The notes beneath the pieces are model-generated. The model saw nothing but the letters and a program-made list of their open reading frames with translations. It ran no database searches and was not told where the DNA came from. DNA of 64,000 bases from Mytilus trossulus (lineage: Eukaryota): the NCBI RefSeq assembly GCF_036588685.1, contig NC_086382.1, positions 32,798,001-32,862,000 of the forward strand. The letters run 5' to 3'. The translations under genes and the position numbers were made by a program. Shown in pieces: positions 14,125 to 26,372 of this stretch. Every line of letters begins with the position of its first letter. Within the stretch, counting starts at the first letter, position 1.

Positions 14125-15565
14125 ATAAAACTCACATGTATGTATAATTTAAAATTTATATGTGGAGCATGATCGGCATTCTGCCTACCCTTCCGGAGCA
14201 CCTGAGCATACCCACATTTTTTGGTGGGGTTCGTGTGTCTTTAGTTTTTTGTATTGAGTCTTGTGTACTATAATTTGTAAGTTCGTCAGTATGTCAGTTT
14301 ATTTTCGATCTATCAGTTTGGATGTCCCTCTGGTATCTTTCGCCCGTCTTCTTTAATAAAAGAACATGTAGAGTGTTGCTTTGAAAAGCAATATCATGGC
14401 TTCTGGTATATCGATTGAAGATAACAAACTTTAATATTATCATGGATTGATCTCTTAGACCCTGCTTGGCTCAGTGTATCAAAACTATAAACTAAAACAG
14501 ATGCTGGTCTGCCCCTTCACCTATATTATCACACTGTTAATATACAAAAATAAGATGAGGTCATAGTGGTGTGATTGTCAAAGATACAACTCTTCACAAG
14601 AAACTAAATGACACAGAAATTAACAACCATAGTTCACCGAAATCCCATACCGCATAGTTTGCTATAACGACTGTTCGAAATGCCAATTGTAAAACAGTTC
14701 AAACGAGAAAAGTAACTAAATTTATGTACAAGATAAATGGAACAAAAACAAATATGCAACACAGCATAAAATGACAACCACTGGGTAACAGGCCTATTTA
14801 TAAACTTCCTGCGTCAAAACAATCAACACAAAAAATCCAACACGATAATATTCAAAGATGTCCTGTTTTTTTTACTTTTGTGGACAAAAGATGTATACAA
14901 AAGTAGATTTAACAGGAAGTGATTACAAGAACTTATACTTGTATACATCGACCTTCATCCGAATCGGTGAAGATATTTAAATACTTGTTTATATAGATAA
15001 ATAAAAATCAGGGTTTCCCAGTGTCATGTAAACATAAATACATACAAAAACTTCCTGTTTGCATGGAGTTGGAGAGCCATTAATTTAATGAGATGCTGTT
15101 CACAATAGATATAATGCAAAAGGAAAATCTAGATTCGTATAGGTTTACGACACAAAACTTAGATAAAATACAATCCTACTTAACTTTTGTAACTCTTATA
15201 TTAACTTTCGAAATTGCATCTTGTAAATGACCGTATAATGTATGTGAACAAAATGTTTGTTTGCTTGTGTTTAAGCGTTATGTTATATATATTTACGGAC
15301 TTTATAATTTGAGGATGCCAGAGTAAATGATGGGACCTTCAACCTTTGCTAGGAAAAAAAGGGGCCTGGGCTGCAAATTGCCAATGCTTTTCATTTAAGA
15401 TAGAACTTGCAACAATAGAGTTGACATTCTAGTATACTAACTGTAGATAAACCACCAATAGTAGACTAGTCAATATGTCACTTAGGGTCGGAGAACAATT
15501 GCGCTTTGCTAATACGGTATTTTAAAAGATATGTTCCCATTTCCTTTTAGATTTAATGACATTAA

Positions 15566-15980
15566 ATGGTAATGGACGTAAGCGGTAACTTTACCATTTA
15601 TTTGTCTGACGGTGGAGATGAAGACGAAAGAAATAAATCGAAACGAGTCATCGAACGCTTGGAAGATTCTAATATTGGAATTATATACGGAGACAGAGAT
15701 TTTATACCCGGATGTATGATACTAGACAACAAAAGAAATGCGGTTCTAAAGTCAGACTTAGTGGTGGTACTTTTGTCCGATAGCTATATAGACTCGACTG
15801 AATGTGTTTATGATGTTGCTTTGGCAATTTGTCTGGAAAGACACATTATCATAATAGACAAAAGAAAAACAAGAAAGATGCCGCCATTATTAAATGAATT
15901 GCCAAAGATAAATGGACGTACAAACTTTGTCAAAGTGTTACAGAAGCTGAAAAGAATGGTTGATGGGTATTATGTAGAAG
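15566..15980 (+). CDS. TIR-CC-DD-CARD-CaaX gene, coding exon 1: TIR domain
   Basis: Box 1-like FTIYLSD, BB loop GDRDFIPG, VVVLLSDSYIDSTECVYDV. Acceptor TTTTAG| at 15550, in-frame TAA upstream of the ATG, phase-1 donor G|GTTAGT. Confidence 0.85.
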
Positions 15981-16708
15981 GTTAGTTCTGTTTTAGAGTT
16001 GTACCTTTTATAAAAAGACTGTTTCAATTCCGAAAGGTTTTGTATGGAAAGCTGTTCTCGTCAAAAATATGATGAGGCCAATTTTCGAGGGGAAAAAAAT
16101 ACATTTAGATTTTTGTCTTTCCATGGTTTTGTTTATGCTTTTTTTAATTATTCATCATTATATGCGACGATTTTGCTAGGACTGGATTTGGATTACTTTT
16201 GTTTATTTTTATGTCTTGTTGAAAAACGCTTTTATTTTTGAATGGTATAAAATACACCTAATCGATATTTGGTACCATCCGAAACAAATGCCCAGTAATT
16301 AAGACAACTTCCTGTTTGGGTCAACCATTGTAACAACAAAAGTCATCAGTATCAAGCTAAGGAAAGAAAATGGTTAAAAAGCAGACATTTTGAAAAACTT
16401 TGATAGATTATGATCCACTTTAAAAAAAAAATGAAAAAAAAAAATGATGCTTTACAAATATTTGTTTTATATATATAAAAAAAAAAGAAAGGTTTATGCG
16501 TAATACATTGTTTAAACTTGTCCCAAGATAGATGTTAACTGGATGTAAAAGTTGTGTAATTTCTGATCTTTTTCGGATTGGAGTAAAAAGCAATATGGTG
16601 TATTAGTTTAAATTCTTCGTATACTTTATATCGGCATGAAATATTTGCAACTGAACGTTAAGTATAGAAACCAGCAATCAATCCTATATTTTGTTTGAAT
16701 ATTTACAG

Positions 16709-17013
16709 AAAAAAATCAATCAAGGAATAGGAAAGACGATGCACAGATATATATCAGGGAAGTGGAACGAACAGCTACTTTAGAAAATGAACAAGGATTT
16801 CAAAAACAGATTCTTAGACTACAGGCTCAAATAACGCATACCCAAAGAGACAAGAAAATAGCAAAACACATTGCGATTGTAGATGGAAATAACGACTTTG
16901 ACAACTTTCACCATGAACAAACAATTAGATACCAGTTGGAGAAAAGGATAAGAGAAATGGAGAACCATATACAAAAACTCAGAAGAGAAAACGTTTTGCT
17001 AAAGCATCCAGTG
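16709..17013 (+). CDS. TIR-CC-DD-CARD-CaaX gene, coding exon 2: predicted coiled coil
   Basis: Acceptor TTTACAG| (phase 1) and donor GTG|GTAAGT (phase 0). Heptad-like segments FQKQILRLQAQI and LEKRIREMENHIQKLRREN. Confidence 0.78.
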
Positions 17014-17446
17014 GTAAGTTCGCAACATAGGCACTGTCACAGAATAAAAACTTGTATTTCATAATAATTTCAGAGACAAGTGCCTGATTCGCAAGTTTTC
17101 TTTCGTAGTTTCTTATGTTAGACATGGAAATATGTCATAACTTTGTTTGCCTTCTTTTACATCAATTACAATATTCTCTGGGGCAGTATGGCGATTAAAA
17201 GAATGACAAATAAAAACAGCGTGTTCATTTGAATTCCATATAATTACATTATATGTATTTTTCATTATAATACGTCATTCTGATTGGCTAACAGTACATC
17301 ACGTGTTATTCCTTAAGCAATTGCATCACTCAATAAAACTTTACATTCATGATAACACGTGGTTCCACAAAAAAAGTGCACAGGTGAATTAAATTAAAAA
17401 AATATAAAATTCGTGTTTTTATGATCATAGCTAAAAAATGTAATTA

Positions 17447-17604
17447 TAAGTATTGAATGCTTCTTTTTGTAACTTCATAGGGTTGTAAAAGCGTGACCGT
17501 GCGTACATTTTTAGAATGATGCGCTTCAGCGCTTCATGCAAAATGTACTTCGGTCAACGTTTTTACACCCCAATAAAGTTACAAAAAGAAGCATTCAATG
17601 CTTA
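17447..17604. repeat. Long imperfect hairpin at the end of a non-autonomous element (~17255-17604), intronic
   Basis: TAAGTATTGAATGCTTCTTTTTGTAACTT... is mirrored by ...AAGTTACAAAAAGAAGCATTCAATGCTTA. Confidence 0.75.
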
Positions 17605-17778
17605 AATGAATAATGATACAAAATAAAATATGGGGTTTACATAAATCATATCAGACTGATATTAAAGGGAAGTAACTCAACGAACATAAATCAAAGTACG
17701 TAAAGTACTATATATATAAGAACACTGTTTGATACAAAAAAAAGACACTAGTTTAAAAGAATTTTATTTTACGTCAAG

Positions 17779-17968
17779 GTTTCTGTTAGTCCAATGGATG
17801 ATAGACCTTCACAGCAAACTCCATTTCAAGAAATTCAAAAGCAGATAAACCAGGTTTTGATTGAAATATCAAATCTGAGTCATAATAATGAAGACAGCCT
17901 GGATACTACAAGCTACAGAATTCCGTCTGAATTGAGATCATTTTGTCAAAAATATGAGGAAATGATTG
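17779..17968 (+). CDS. TIR-CC-DD-CARD-CaaX gene, coding exon 3: linker and first helix of the death domain
   Basis: Acceptor TCAAG| (phase 0) and donor G|GTATGT (phase 1); frame matches both neighbours. Confidence 0.72.
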
Positions 17969-18403
17969 GTATGTATATACATTTGTTAACCGTTAGTGGC
18001 CTGAGGGGACGACCATTTATTTTTTTTGTGCCCTGGGGAGGGGAGGGAAGGTAGAATGATTTTGTAAATGAATGTTTGGCCTGTTAAGAATGAAATAGAT
18101 AAAAATAGATAACCAATGGAAGATTTAGAAAAAAAAGTCCGAGTCACTTAAGTTTAGAAGTTTTATTTGAGATGCCATGGTGATGGCGTTAACATGTTAC
18201 AAAATGTGAAATATGACTGATTGAAATCTTTCAAAATAGGTGAAAATTTGTATAGAAAGCACGTATAATCTCCGAAAAGAGTTCTTTGTTTTGTCTTTCA
18301 ATCTGACATCAAATCTTCAATTTTAAATTCATTGATTTAAAAAAAAACCAACACCTATATATATCTTATAATAAATTTGATTTGAATGAACTTTTTCACC
18401 CAG

Positions 18404-18598
18404 GTCCAAATATTTGCCGACTGGGAAGAATTCTTCATTTATCAAACCATCAGATCGATAAAGTAGAAGAGTGCAGGGAGTATGGTTATGTTGAAATGTT
18501 TTGGCAGACGATAAAGTTTTGGCAGTCAAACGAAAGCTCTGATGAAAGCTTTGTGACGTTACTGAATGCATTAGAAGACATTGGTGTTGATATAGGAG
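18404..18598 (+). CDS. TIR-CC-DD-CARD-CaaX gene, coding exon 4: death domain
   Basis: GPNICRLGRILHLSNHQIDKVEE...EMFWQTIKFW...SFVTLLNALEDIG fits the death-domain pattern. Phase 1-1 exon (CCCAG| ... G|GTAAAC). Confidence 0.8.
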
Positions 18599-19110
18599 GT
18601 AAACTTTAATACTATATGAATTACTGAAGCTGCGCGGGAACGCAAAAAAAGACTACGCTTATGTACTTTTGCATAAAAAGTTCAACAATAAAAAATATAG
18701 TTTATAGTACTTTTAAATCAATCAATGATGAAAGAAATTTGAAAGAAATATAGTAAACTCTACAAGGTTAGAGATGAGTGTAAAAATTTCAAACACGTTT
18801 AATAATATCAGATCATTACATGACATTTTTCATATCAAATGTATTATCAGCCCTATGTTCAACATCATCTTAAGAGCCGCATAGCTCGAGGGCTGATAAT
18901 ACATGCGATGTGAAAAATTACATGTTATGATTTTTTTATGTTATGCTTCAACAATGGAGAAAAATAACAGATTCATATATTGATCCTTTTATGTGGTTCC
19001 AAAATAGAAGTTCAAAGATTGAAAAGTTCCCGGACGTCGGACCCCAAATTAAAAGCTTAACAACTTTTTCAGAAATTAAATAATATACACGACTCTTTGA
19101 TATGATTTAG

Positions 19111-19383
19111 GGAAGCCAATGTCAAAGACAGAAGTGAGAATACTCCAGGAGAAGATTCCATTCATATTGAACAATATTTACCAAGTAAATGATTTGATAC
19201 CATACCTGATATCTCAGCACGTGTTAACGCACGTGACTGAGATGTTTATCAGAGAACCTAGGAATAAAGAGGAAAGACTATTGCGTTTAATCAACGTTCT
19301 CACAACAAAACACTATGGAATTAAGGCCCTCTGTAATGCCCTTATCCATACAAATCAGGAATTTATAGCAGACGAGATATCAC
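19111..19383 (+). CDS. TIR-CC-DD-CARD-CaaX gene, coding exon 5: CARD
   Basis: ILQEKIPFILNNI.QVNDLIPYLISQHVLT...IREPRNKEERLLRLINVL...ALCNALIHTNQEFIADEI fits the CARD pattern. Phase 1-1 exon (TTTAG| ... C|GTGAGT). Confidence 0.83.
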
Positions 19384-19900
19384 GTGAGTATATATTGACA
19401 TAGTAGACAAACTGAGGTCTGCTTTAACTTCCTCAGATATACTTCGGAGTAAGCTGGTCCGCCGTTCCAACTAAACTCCGCACCGAAGTGTAGCAATAAT
19501 TTAACACAACAGGGGTAAAGTTTATACTAGAGAGCTCAAATGAGCTCTTACATTTAGGGATAGATCTAAGATTTTTCATAAGGGGCGTAATTCCATTAAA
19601 TGGACAAAAAAACCCGACTTGAGCGTAGAGAGGGTAAATTTGTTTTGAAGATTTTATGCTAAAACGATTGTTCCAATCAAAGGTGTATGCGTGCGCCCTC
19701 TTCTCCCTTTGAATCATCTTTTAATTAGATATAGGAAGATGTGGTATTAGTGCCAATGATACAACTCTCCATTCAAATAACAATTTATAAAAGTAAACCA
19801 TTTAAACTGAGAATATTTTCCATAATATAATTTATAAGCTATAACCGTGAGAAATACAGTAATATTGCATGTGGGCTTAACAATTATTATTTTCTTGTAG

Positions 19901-20181
19901 GTTCTATGCCAAATATACCAACAAGCCGTTTCCCTGTTGAATTAACTGATGAAAGCTGCGATTCTCAATGGAGTTCAGATGAATCTAAATTACAAGTGGC
20001 ACGTGTTGCACCAATCACCGCTACAGTTAATTCGGTAACACCAAATGTGCACCTTGAACAAAAACATCAAGGTCAGAATGAAGACTTAAGTAACACATGT
20101 GTTGATGGAATTCAGCAATTAATCAAGAAAGACTCTAAGGAAAAAACTGTAAAATCCCGTAGGGGTTGTAGTATTCAATAG
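19901..20181 (+). CDS. TIR-CC-DD-CARD-CaaX gene, last coding exon: low-complexity tail ending in a basic patch and CaaX box
   Basis: Acceptor TTCTTGTAG| (phase 1). Ends KKDSKEKTVKSRRGCSIQ*. AATAAA at 20684. Confidence 0.78.
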
Positions 20182-23036
20182 TACAAGTCCCCGTCACGAA
20201 TTAATAGTGTGCATAGTAGTCAAAATATACCGCCGTAGACATTTCCTTAACAGTAACAATATAATTCAATACCGTTTATAGTACAAATGTACAAATATAT
20301 AGTAACTGTAGTCAGATGGCTCATTGAGGTCTTGCATGTTATAGTGCAAATTTGGACACTTGAGAAAATGTGACTAGGACTAAATATTTTATATATACAT
20401 TTGTAGTTATGCATTTTGAAATTTTCCCAATGACCATGAATAAGACTGTGAAGATCAGATACCGTACTTCACATAAAACAGATCACGACAGTCGAAATAT
20501 ACAACACTTATATATCAAGAAAGGATAAAAAAAACTTTAAAAAATTAGTATGAAGTAAAAGTTTCAGTTGCAAATTAATACATAAATGTTATTTTTTTGT
20601 ACATGATATATTTTTCTGTAAATTATTATGTGCTGTTATTGTAATTTTTACTTGACTGTTGTTTTGTTTTGCGGGTTACCGTGAATAAAGATAAAGTTAT
20701 TATATAAAAATAAGGTATATTTATATATTTATTAAATATGAGTGTTTATGAATCAGATACAATCCGATGATGCAGATGCGAAATATTAGGGTTAAAAATA
20801 TGGAATGTTTGTTATAGAGGGTAAAAAGAAAGAGGGATCTGGGAATTAAGAAAGGGAAAAGTGGGCAGTACTGTATATTTACGACTTAATTCACGGCCTA
20901 GCTTTTCTGGCAAAACAGCCTTTGAACGTCATTGCCATCTCTGACTATTTCGACTTGAGAGTTTGAAAGGTCCTTTTGTCAGTCCTCTTTCGGCTCCCCT
21001 TGCATGTAAGTTCGGCTACAGCGAAGAACTATGCGAAACTATTTTCGCCGGGTAGCTTATATTTATAAACATTTCTTTAAAGTAAAATGTCACAATCACT
21101 ATTATTAACCAGCTGGCGTCTCAAAGGTATTCAACAATTGACCCCAAATCTTAAAAAAAATAACCTTAAAGAAGTGACAGTTGTGGGTACGATAGTAAAC
21201 ATCATACACGAGTCTATGGATTTATGATTATTGCCAATTTCACATAAGATTATTACACTTTAAAAGAAATCATTGGTCACTAAAACTGATATTACACACT
21301 TGACTCGATTTCACTTCCCTTTTTAAAAAAAAGTTCAAGTATTAAAATAGTGAATCGAGTGTAAGTAAATATAAAGTAACCATACCCAACTATATCAGTC
21401 CTATTCAGGACCGGTAACTCTGTCGATAGATATTATAGGGTATACAATATTGTTAAACCAGATCATACGTCTCTGCTGGAATTTGTACAATAACTCTTTT
21501 TTTAACACAATTTAAACTTTATATCGATTCATTGCCTGGATTTAGCTTTAAATATTGAATTAAAAGATAAATAACAATAAAATCATATTCAATGTTCGAA
21601 ATTCATTTAAATTAAAATTTGAATCAGTATATTTCTTTGAAATAATTATAGAAACATATAAATATTTGAATGCCTTTTAAGCAAAACATATTTTTTTAAA
21701 GAAATTTTCATAATATTAATATTCTCCTAAAGTTTATTATGAACCATTCGTCTTCTGATTTGACACGGGAAGGAGAAGATATTTATTTGTACATTTATGA
21801 AAACTTTTGTATATCACAAAATTTAAACTCTGGTAATACAAGTATACACACTGACAGGATGTTGAATGTCACCTGATTGCTTTTGGTTTGCACGTCTACC
21901 TGACAATATATTATGATGTAACATTTAACCCAAGATAGATTTCACCTGTCCGGCCAAGGAATGTAAAGGTATAGAATATTTATCTTTTGTAATTGGACAT
22001 CTTTTTTTTTCTCTTAGGATAATTTTATTTTTGTTCTTAAAGGAATGTATAATATATTTCTAAAGAAAAAGAAAATATACAGATAACTTTAAAACATTTT
22101 TAAAAAAAGATGAGATTTTTTTTTATTATAGATATTGTAAACTTTCTGGTAATAGTATCTCCTGGATGAATATCTGTCAAAATAAATGTTCCCGTGTCAC
22201 ACTTAAAATATTTTTTTTTTATTAAGAAATTTTGAAATCTTTGATATCGAAATATCACTAAAGGAAAATAACAGAAACATCGGCGATTTTTTTATGAATA
22301 ATTATTTATAATCTAGGAAAGTCTTACTTAGAAAATTCCACTCATTGATTTGATGCAACATTTCAATATGATACATCAGCCGCCATTTTGGAAAATCTCG
22401 GAAAATTCCCCATTTTAAATCGATGTTTGACCGAATTTGCCCTGAAATTAAACTGTTTTAAGTAGTATTTTTCGCCAGCTATATGTTTGAATATACTTGA
22501 TCGATTTGCAAAGTTTGTGTTTTATTTACAGAATTTCTTTATTTGTTGTAAAAGTAGACATGGGTATCGGTAATTTAGCATTGAGTCAACGGAGAAATGA
22601 CGAGAAAAAGTGCATGTTTTACGATGTCGATTTGACCGAAGTTAATCAAAAATTAAACTGTTAGGACCAACATTGTTTGATAGAAATATGTTTGAATATC
22701 AAGGATTGATTTGCAAAAGTAAGAAAACGGATCAGGTTTATGAGAAAATTAAACTTTATTGAAGCATATATGCATTTTATATGGGGAAATATAATACAAA
22801 ATGGCGGATATTATACGTCACAAAAGTCACGTGATGTCTAACTTAGTTGGATATGTTTGTCCTACTGTTTATTTCTTTATGATGTTGTATAATTTATAAA
22901 ATTGGTACACCTACCGTGTTGATTTATATTTACGCTTTATGTGGGTGTCATAGAACAAATATTGGTCTCTTCTGCATGTTCCTGTTCTTAAATATAAGTC
23001 GCAAGGAAACCCAACGTATACTCCAGGTCAAACGAT

Positions 23037-23527
23037 AAAATTGAGAATGGAAATGGGGAATGTGTCAGAGAGACAACAACCTGACCATAGAACAGTCAAC
23101 CAACAGGTCTTCAATGTAGCGAGAAATTCCCGCACCCGGAGGCGTCCTTCAGCTGGCCCCTAAACAAATATATACTAGTTCAGTTATAATGAACGCCATA
23201 CTAATTTCCAAATTGTACACAAAAAACTAAAATTAAAATAATACAAGACTAACAAAGGCCAGAGGCTCCCGACTTTGGACAGGCGCAAAAATGCGGCGGG
23301 GTTAAACATGTTTGTGAGATCTCAACCCTCCCCCTATACATCTAGCCTATGTAGAAAAGAAAACGCATAACAATACGCACATTAAAATTCATTTCAAGAT
23401 AAGTCCGAGTCTGATGTCAGAAGATGTAACCAAAGAAAATAAACAAAATGCCAATAATACATAAATAACAACAGACTACTAGCAGTTAACTGACATGCCG
23501 CAGCTCCAGACCTCAATTAAACTGATA
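23037..23527 (+). mobile_element. Interspersed repeat, probably a Helentron-associated non-autonomous element
   Basis: Head AATTGAGAATGGAAATGGGGAATGTGTC.AGAGACAACAACC recurs at ~4030 (+) and at ~630-670, ~45390 and ~49415 (-). Confidence 0.6.
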
Positions 23528-23731
23528 CATACTAAAAAATATTTGGTCCGTTTTAAATTATGTTCTTACTTATTCATATGTGTTTCATAACAAATTGTGT
23601 TATGTTGGTGTGTCTGTCATATGCTCCACGAATACTGTTTTTAAAAAACCCCACCATTTTGCGACCAATGAAAACACCGCCTCCAACTACTTACTATAAA
23701 AACGGTGTGGATTAAATGTATAGGCACTTAA

Positions 23732-25051
23732 GGCTGTGTTCACATTGACCTAAATTCGGTGTTGTGTTAGTGTAACTCACACGTAAACTAAACACAATTG
23801 CGTTCCCATTGATAAAACTGAATGTTTACATGTAGTTTAAATCATGTTTTACCTACACACAGTCGATAGTCAATGTAGGCCTTGTGTAGGTTAAGTGTAC
23901 ACAAAACCAGGCAGTTAGAACATTAGTTTTATCGTATATATATTTAAGGAGGAAACTATTTTTGAGTAAAATTGATATTTTTGATAATTAATAGTTGTCT
24001 AATTTTACAGATTTTTTTTGTTAAAAAAAATTAAAGTACTTTATTAACCCCTAATCAAGACTCAAATCAGCATCATTGCCGAACCCATAAGGCAGCAACC
24101 AATTGATTTTCGGGTGGTAGCTATTATAGTCGAGTTTAAAACATAAAGGCAAGGGGTGGGGTGGTGGTCTTCGGATTTTGTTTGAAAAGGTCTTCCCGAA
24201 TCGACTTGACGTACACAGAAATATTCGCCACTGGTCTTTACTCAAAAAACGATTCACGCATAAATGCACGACTTAAAAAAAATGTGCGAGGTAAATGGTA
24301 TGTTTGTCTAGTATCTCAGTTCCGTTAAATAACACGTAAAATAAATAAAAAAAAACGTTTCCCTATTCCTTTACCAAATACTCCTTGGAGAAGAAATACC
24401 ATTTGAAACGAATAGAAAAGATAAAAATGTAGTGATCCCTAATATATCAATCCTTTTTTTTCCCGGCTGTAAGCACGCTGTTGCAGCTAACGTTTTCTAA
24501 TGCGTTATCGAGACATCTCTAGTATATTCAAACTACTGCAAATTATAAAAATGGCTTTCATAAAGTAGCAACCACTTAACCTAAAAAAAAAAGGGGGGAG
24601 GGTTATTTTTTTTTATCTGACTCAGATTTTTTTTCGCGCGTACGTTTTTATTCCTTTTTTTTCGATGCTGGTGATCAAATACTTTTTTTCAATATTTAAC
24701 ACTATAATGTATGGGGAAACTCTTGATTCAGAATATTTTTTTTATCATCTGTATGACCATTTTTTTGTTATCAAATTGGGGATCGAAATATTTCCATTCC
24801 CATCCCCCACACCCCTTTTCAAATGGTTGTTCCCTTACCGCTAGAAAAAATTTCCAAAAATTTTGAATTCAGTTCTACGTAATGAACATTTAAATGACAT
24901 ATAGTTTACAAGTGGGAACAAATCTTATGTACAGGTAGCTAAACAAGGTGTATAGATGTGAACAAATGTAATGTGAAACCAGTGTATATACACTACACTA
25001 AACTAATTGTAAACATGTTTACTCTACACGGCGTTTGGTGTGAACACGACC
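23732..25051. mobile_element. Non-autonomous TIR element (PIF/Harbinger-like termini)
   Basis: Left GGCTGTGTTCACA and right TGTGAACACGACC are imperfect inverted repeats, with similar subterminal TACAC/TAAAC motifs at both ends. Confidence 0.5.
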
Positions 25052-25243
25052 AAAGACTTGTAAGAGCTACATACAATATGTAACTTCATCTCCCCGTGAA
25101 ACTGTGAAATTTACGACAAAAGAGGATTTTTTTTTAATTTCCTATCGTGAACTTACCATTTTTATACAGAAAAATTCTAGCAACATCTTCTTATAAATTG
25201 TTAATCAACAGCAGTTGATATTTAAAATGTTATGTTTCCCACC

Positions 25244-25540
25244 AGGATTTCACCCGTATGAGGTTGTTGTCAAGGAAGCTTTTGAACTATACTGGTTTTG
25301 ATGGTAAAGTCATCAGCTCTTCAAAAGTTAAAAAGATGCCATCATGATTGGGTTGACATTGTGGAATATCAGTGTCAAAGATGACCAGCACAAGTAAGGC
25401 TGCTGTATCTTATCCTCTTTGTGTCGTTTATGGCATCCTCAAAAGAAACTAGCTGATCATCGGATTTTTAATCGCCATGAGCAAATCTGCAGGTGTCGTT
25501 CGTTAATCAGGCATTGTTTACCCTTCCGGGGCACTAAACT
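25244..25540 (+). mobile_element. Degenerate 3' fragment of a Penelope-like retroelement
   Basis: Broken frames give RLLSRKLLN, HHDWVD and GISVSKMT, which resemble the C-terminus of a bivalve Penelope-like RT (from memory). Followed by the TTACCCTTCCGG motif that also occurs at ~14186, ~35880 and ~48424. Confidence 0.45.
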
Positions 25541-25833
25541 ATAGATGTTGTATTTAGTGGACTTTCGGGTTTGTATTGGGGTTTTTTGGCAGCGTCTGTC
25601 TTTCTTTAACTTATCGTTCTGTATTTTTTTTTTACGTCTTTTCTCCTTTCATACGGATCTTGCGGATTCCATTTTTAGTTGTTTGATACACATAACGGCC
25701 TAGCTGGTCGTCACAAGTCTGAGCAATCTCGGTCTATTACGCCCTTACAAAAAGAAATCCCAAATTGTTTATCCGCAACCTAGATTTTAACTTTCAAATG
25801 GGATTACTGTGGCCTTTTTAACATTTTATTCGA

Positions 25834-25877
25834 GCTTCACTGATGAGTCTTTTATAGACGAAACGCGCGTCTGGCGT
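25834..25877 (+). ncRNA. Minimal type I hammerhead ribozyme
   Basis: GCUUCA-CUGAUGA-GUCU(UUUAU)AGAC-GAAA-C-GCGC-GUC-UGGCGU. Predicted cleavage after C25871. Stem I has one mismatch. Confidence 0.8.
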
Positions 25878-25907
25878 AAATATATTTCATCCCCAATTTT
25901 CTTAGTA

Positions 25908-26372
25908 TATAAAAAAGAAGATGTGGTATGATTGCCAATGAGACAACTATCCACAAAAGACCACAATGACACAAACATTAACAACTATAGGTCACCGTAC
26001 GGCCTTCAACAATGAGCAAAGCCCATACCGCATAGTCAGCTATAAAAAGCCCTGATAAGACAATGTAAAACAATTCAAACGGGAAATCTAACGGCCTTAT
26101 TTAGGTAAAAAAAATTAACGAAAAACAGATATGTAACACATAAACAAACGACAACCACTGAATTACAGGCTCCTGACTTGGGATAGGCACATTCATAAAT
26201 AATGTGGCGGGGTTAATTATGTTAGCGGGATCCCAACCCTCCCCCTAATATGGGACAGTGGTATAACAGTACAACATAAGAACAAACTATAAAAATCAGT
26301 TGAAAAAGGCTGAACTCATCAGATAGAACAAAAATACAAGTGGACGTGGCCGGGTACTTATACATCCCGACA
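25908..26372 (+). mobile_element. Interspersed repeat of the AGATGTGGTATGATTGCCAATGAGACAACT family (Helentron-associated type)
   Basis: The head recurs at ~12632, ~14567 and ~19737 (+) and ~3520 (-). Shares an internal GGCGGGGTTAA...CAACCCTCCCCCTA block with 23037-23527. Confidence 0.6.

Noticed and set aside
16369-16380. Alternative coding first exon ending ATG|GTTAAA before the coiled-coil exon
   Set aside because: Weak donor, and phase 0 does not match the phase-1 acceptor at 16709.
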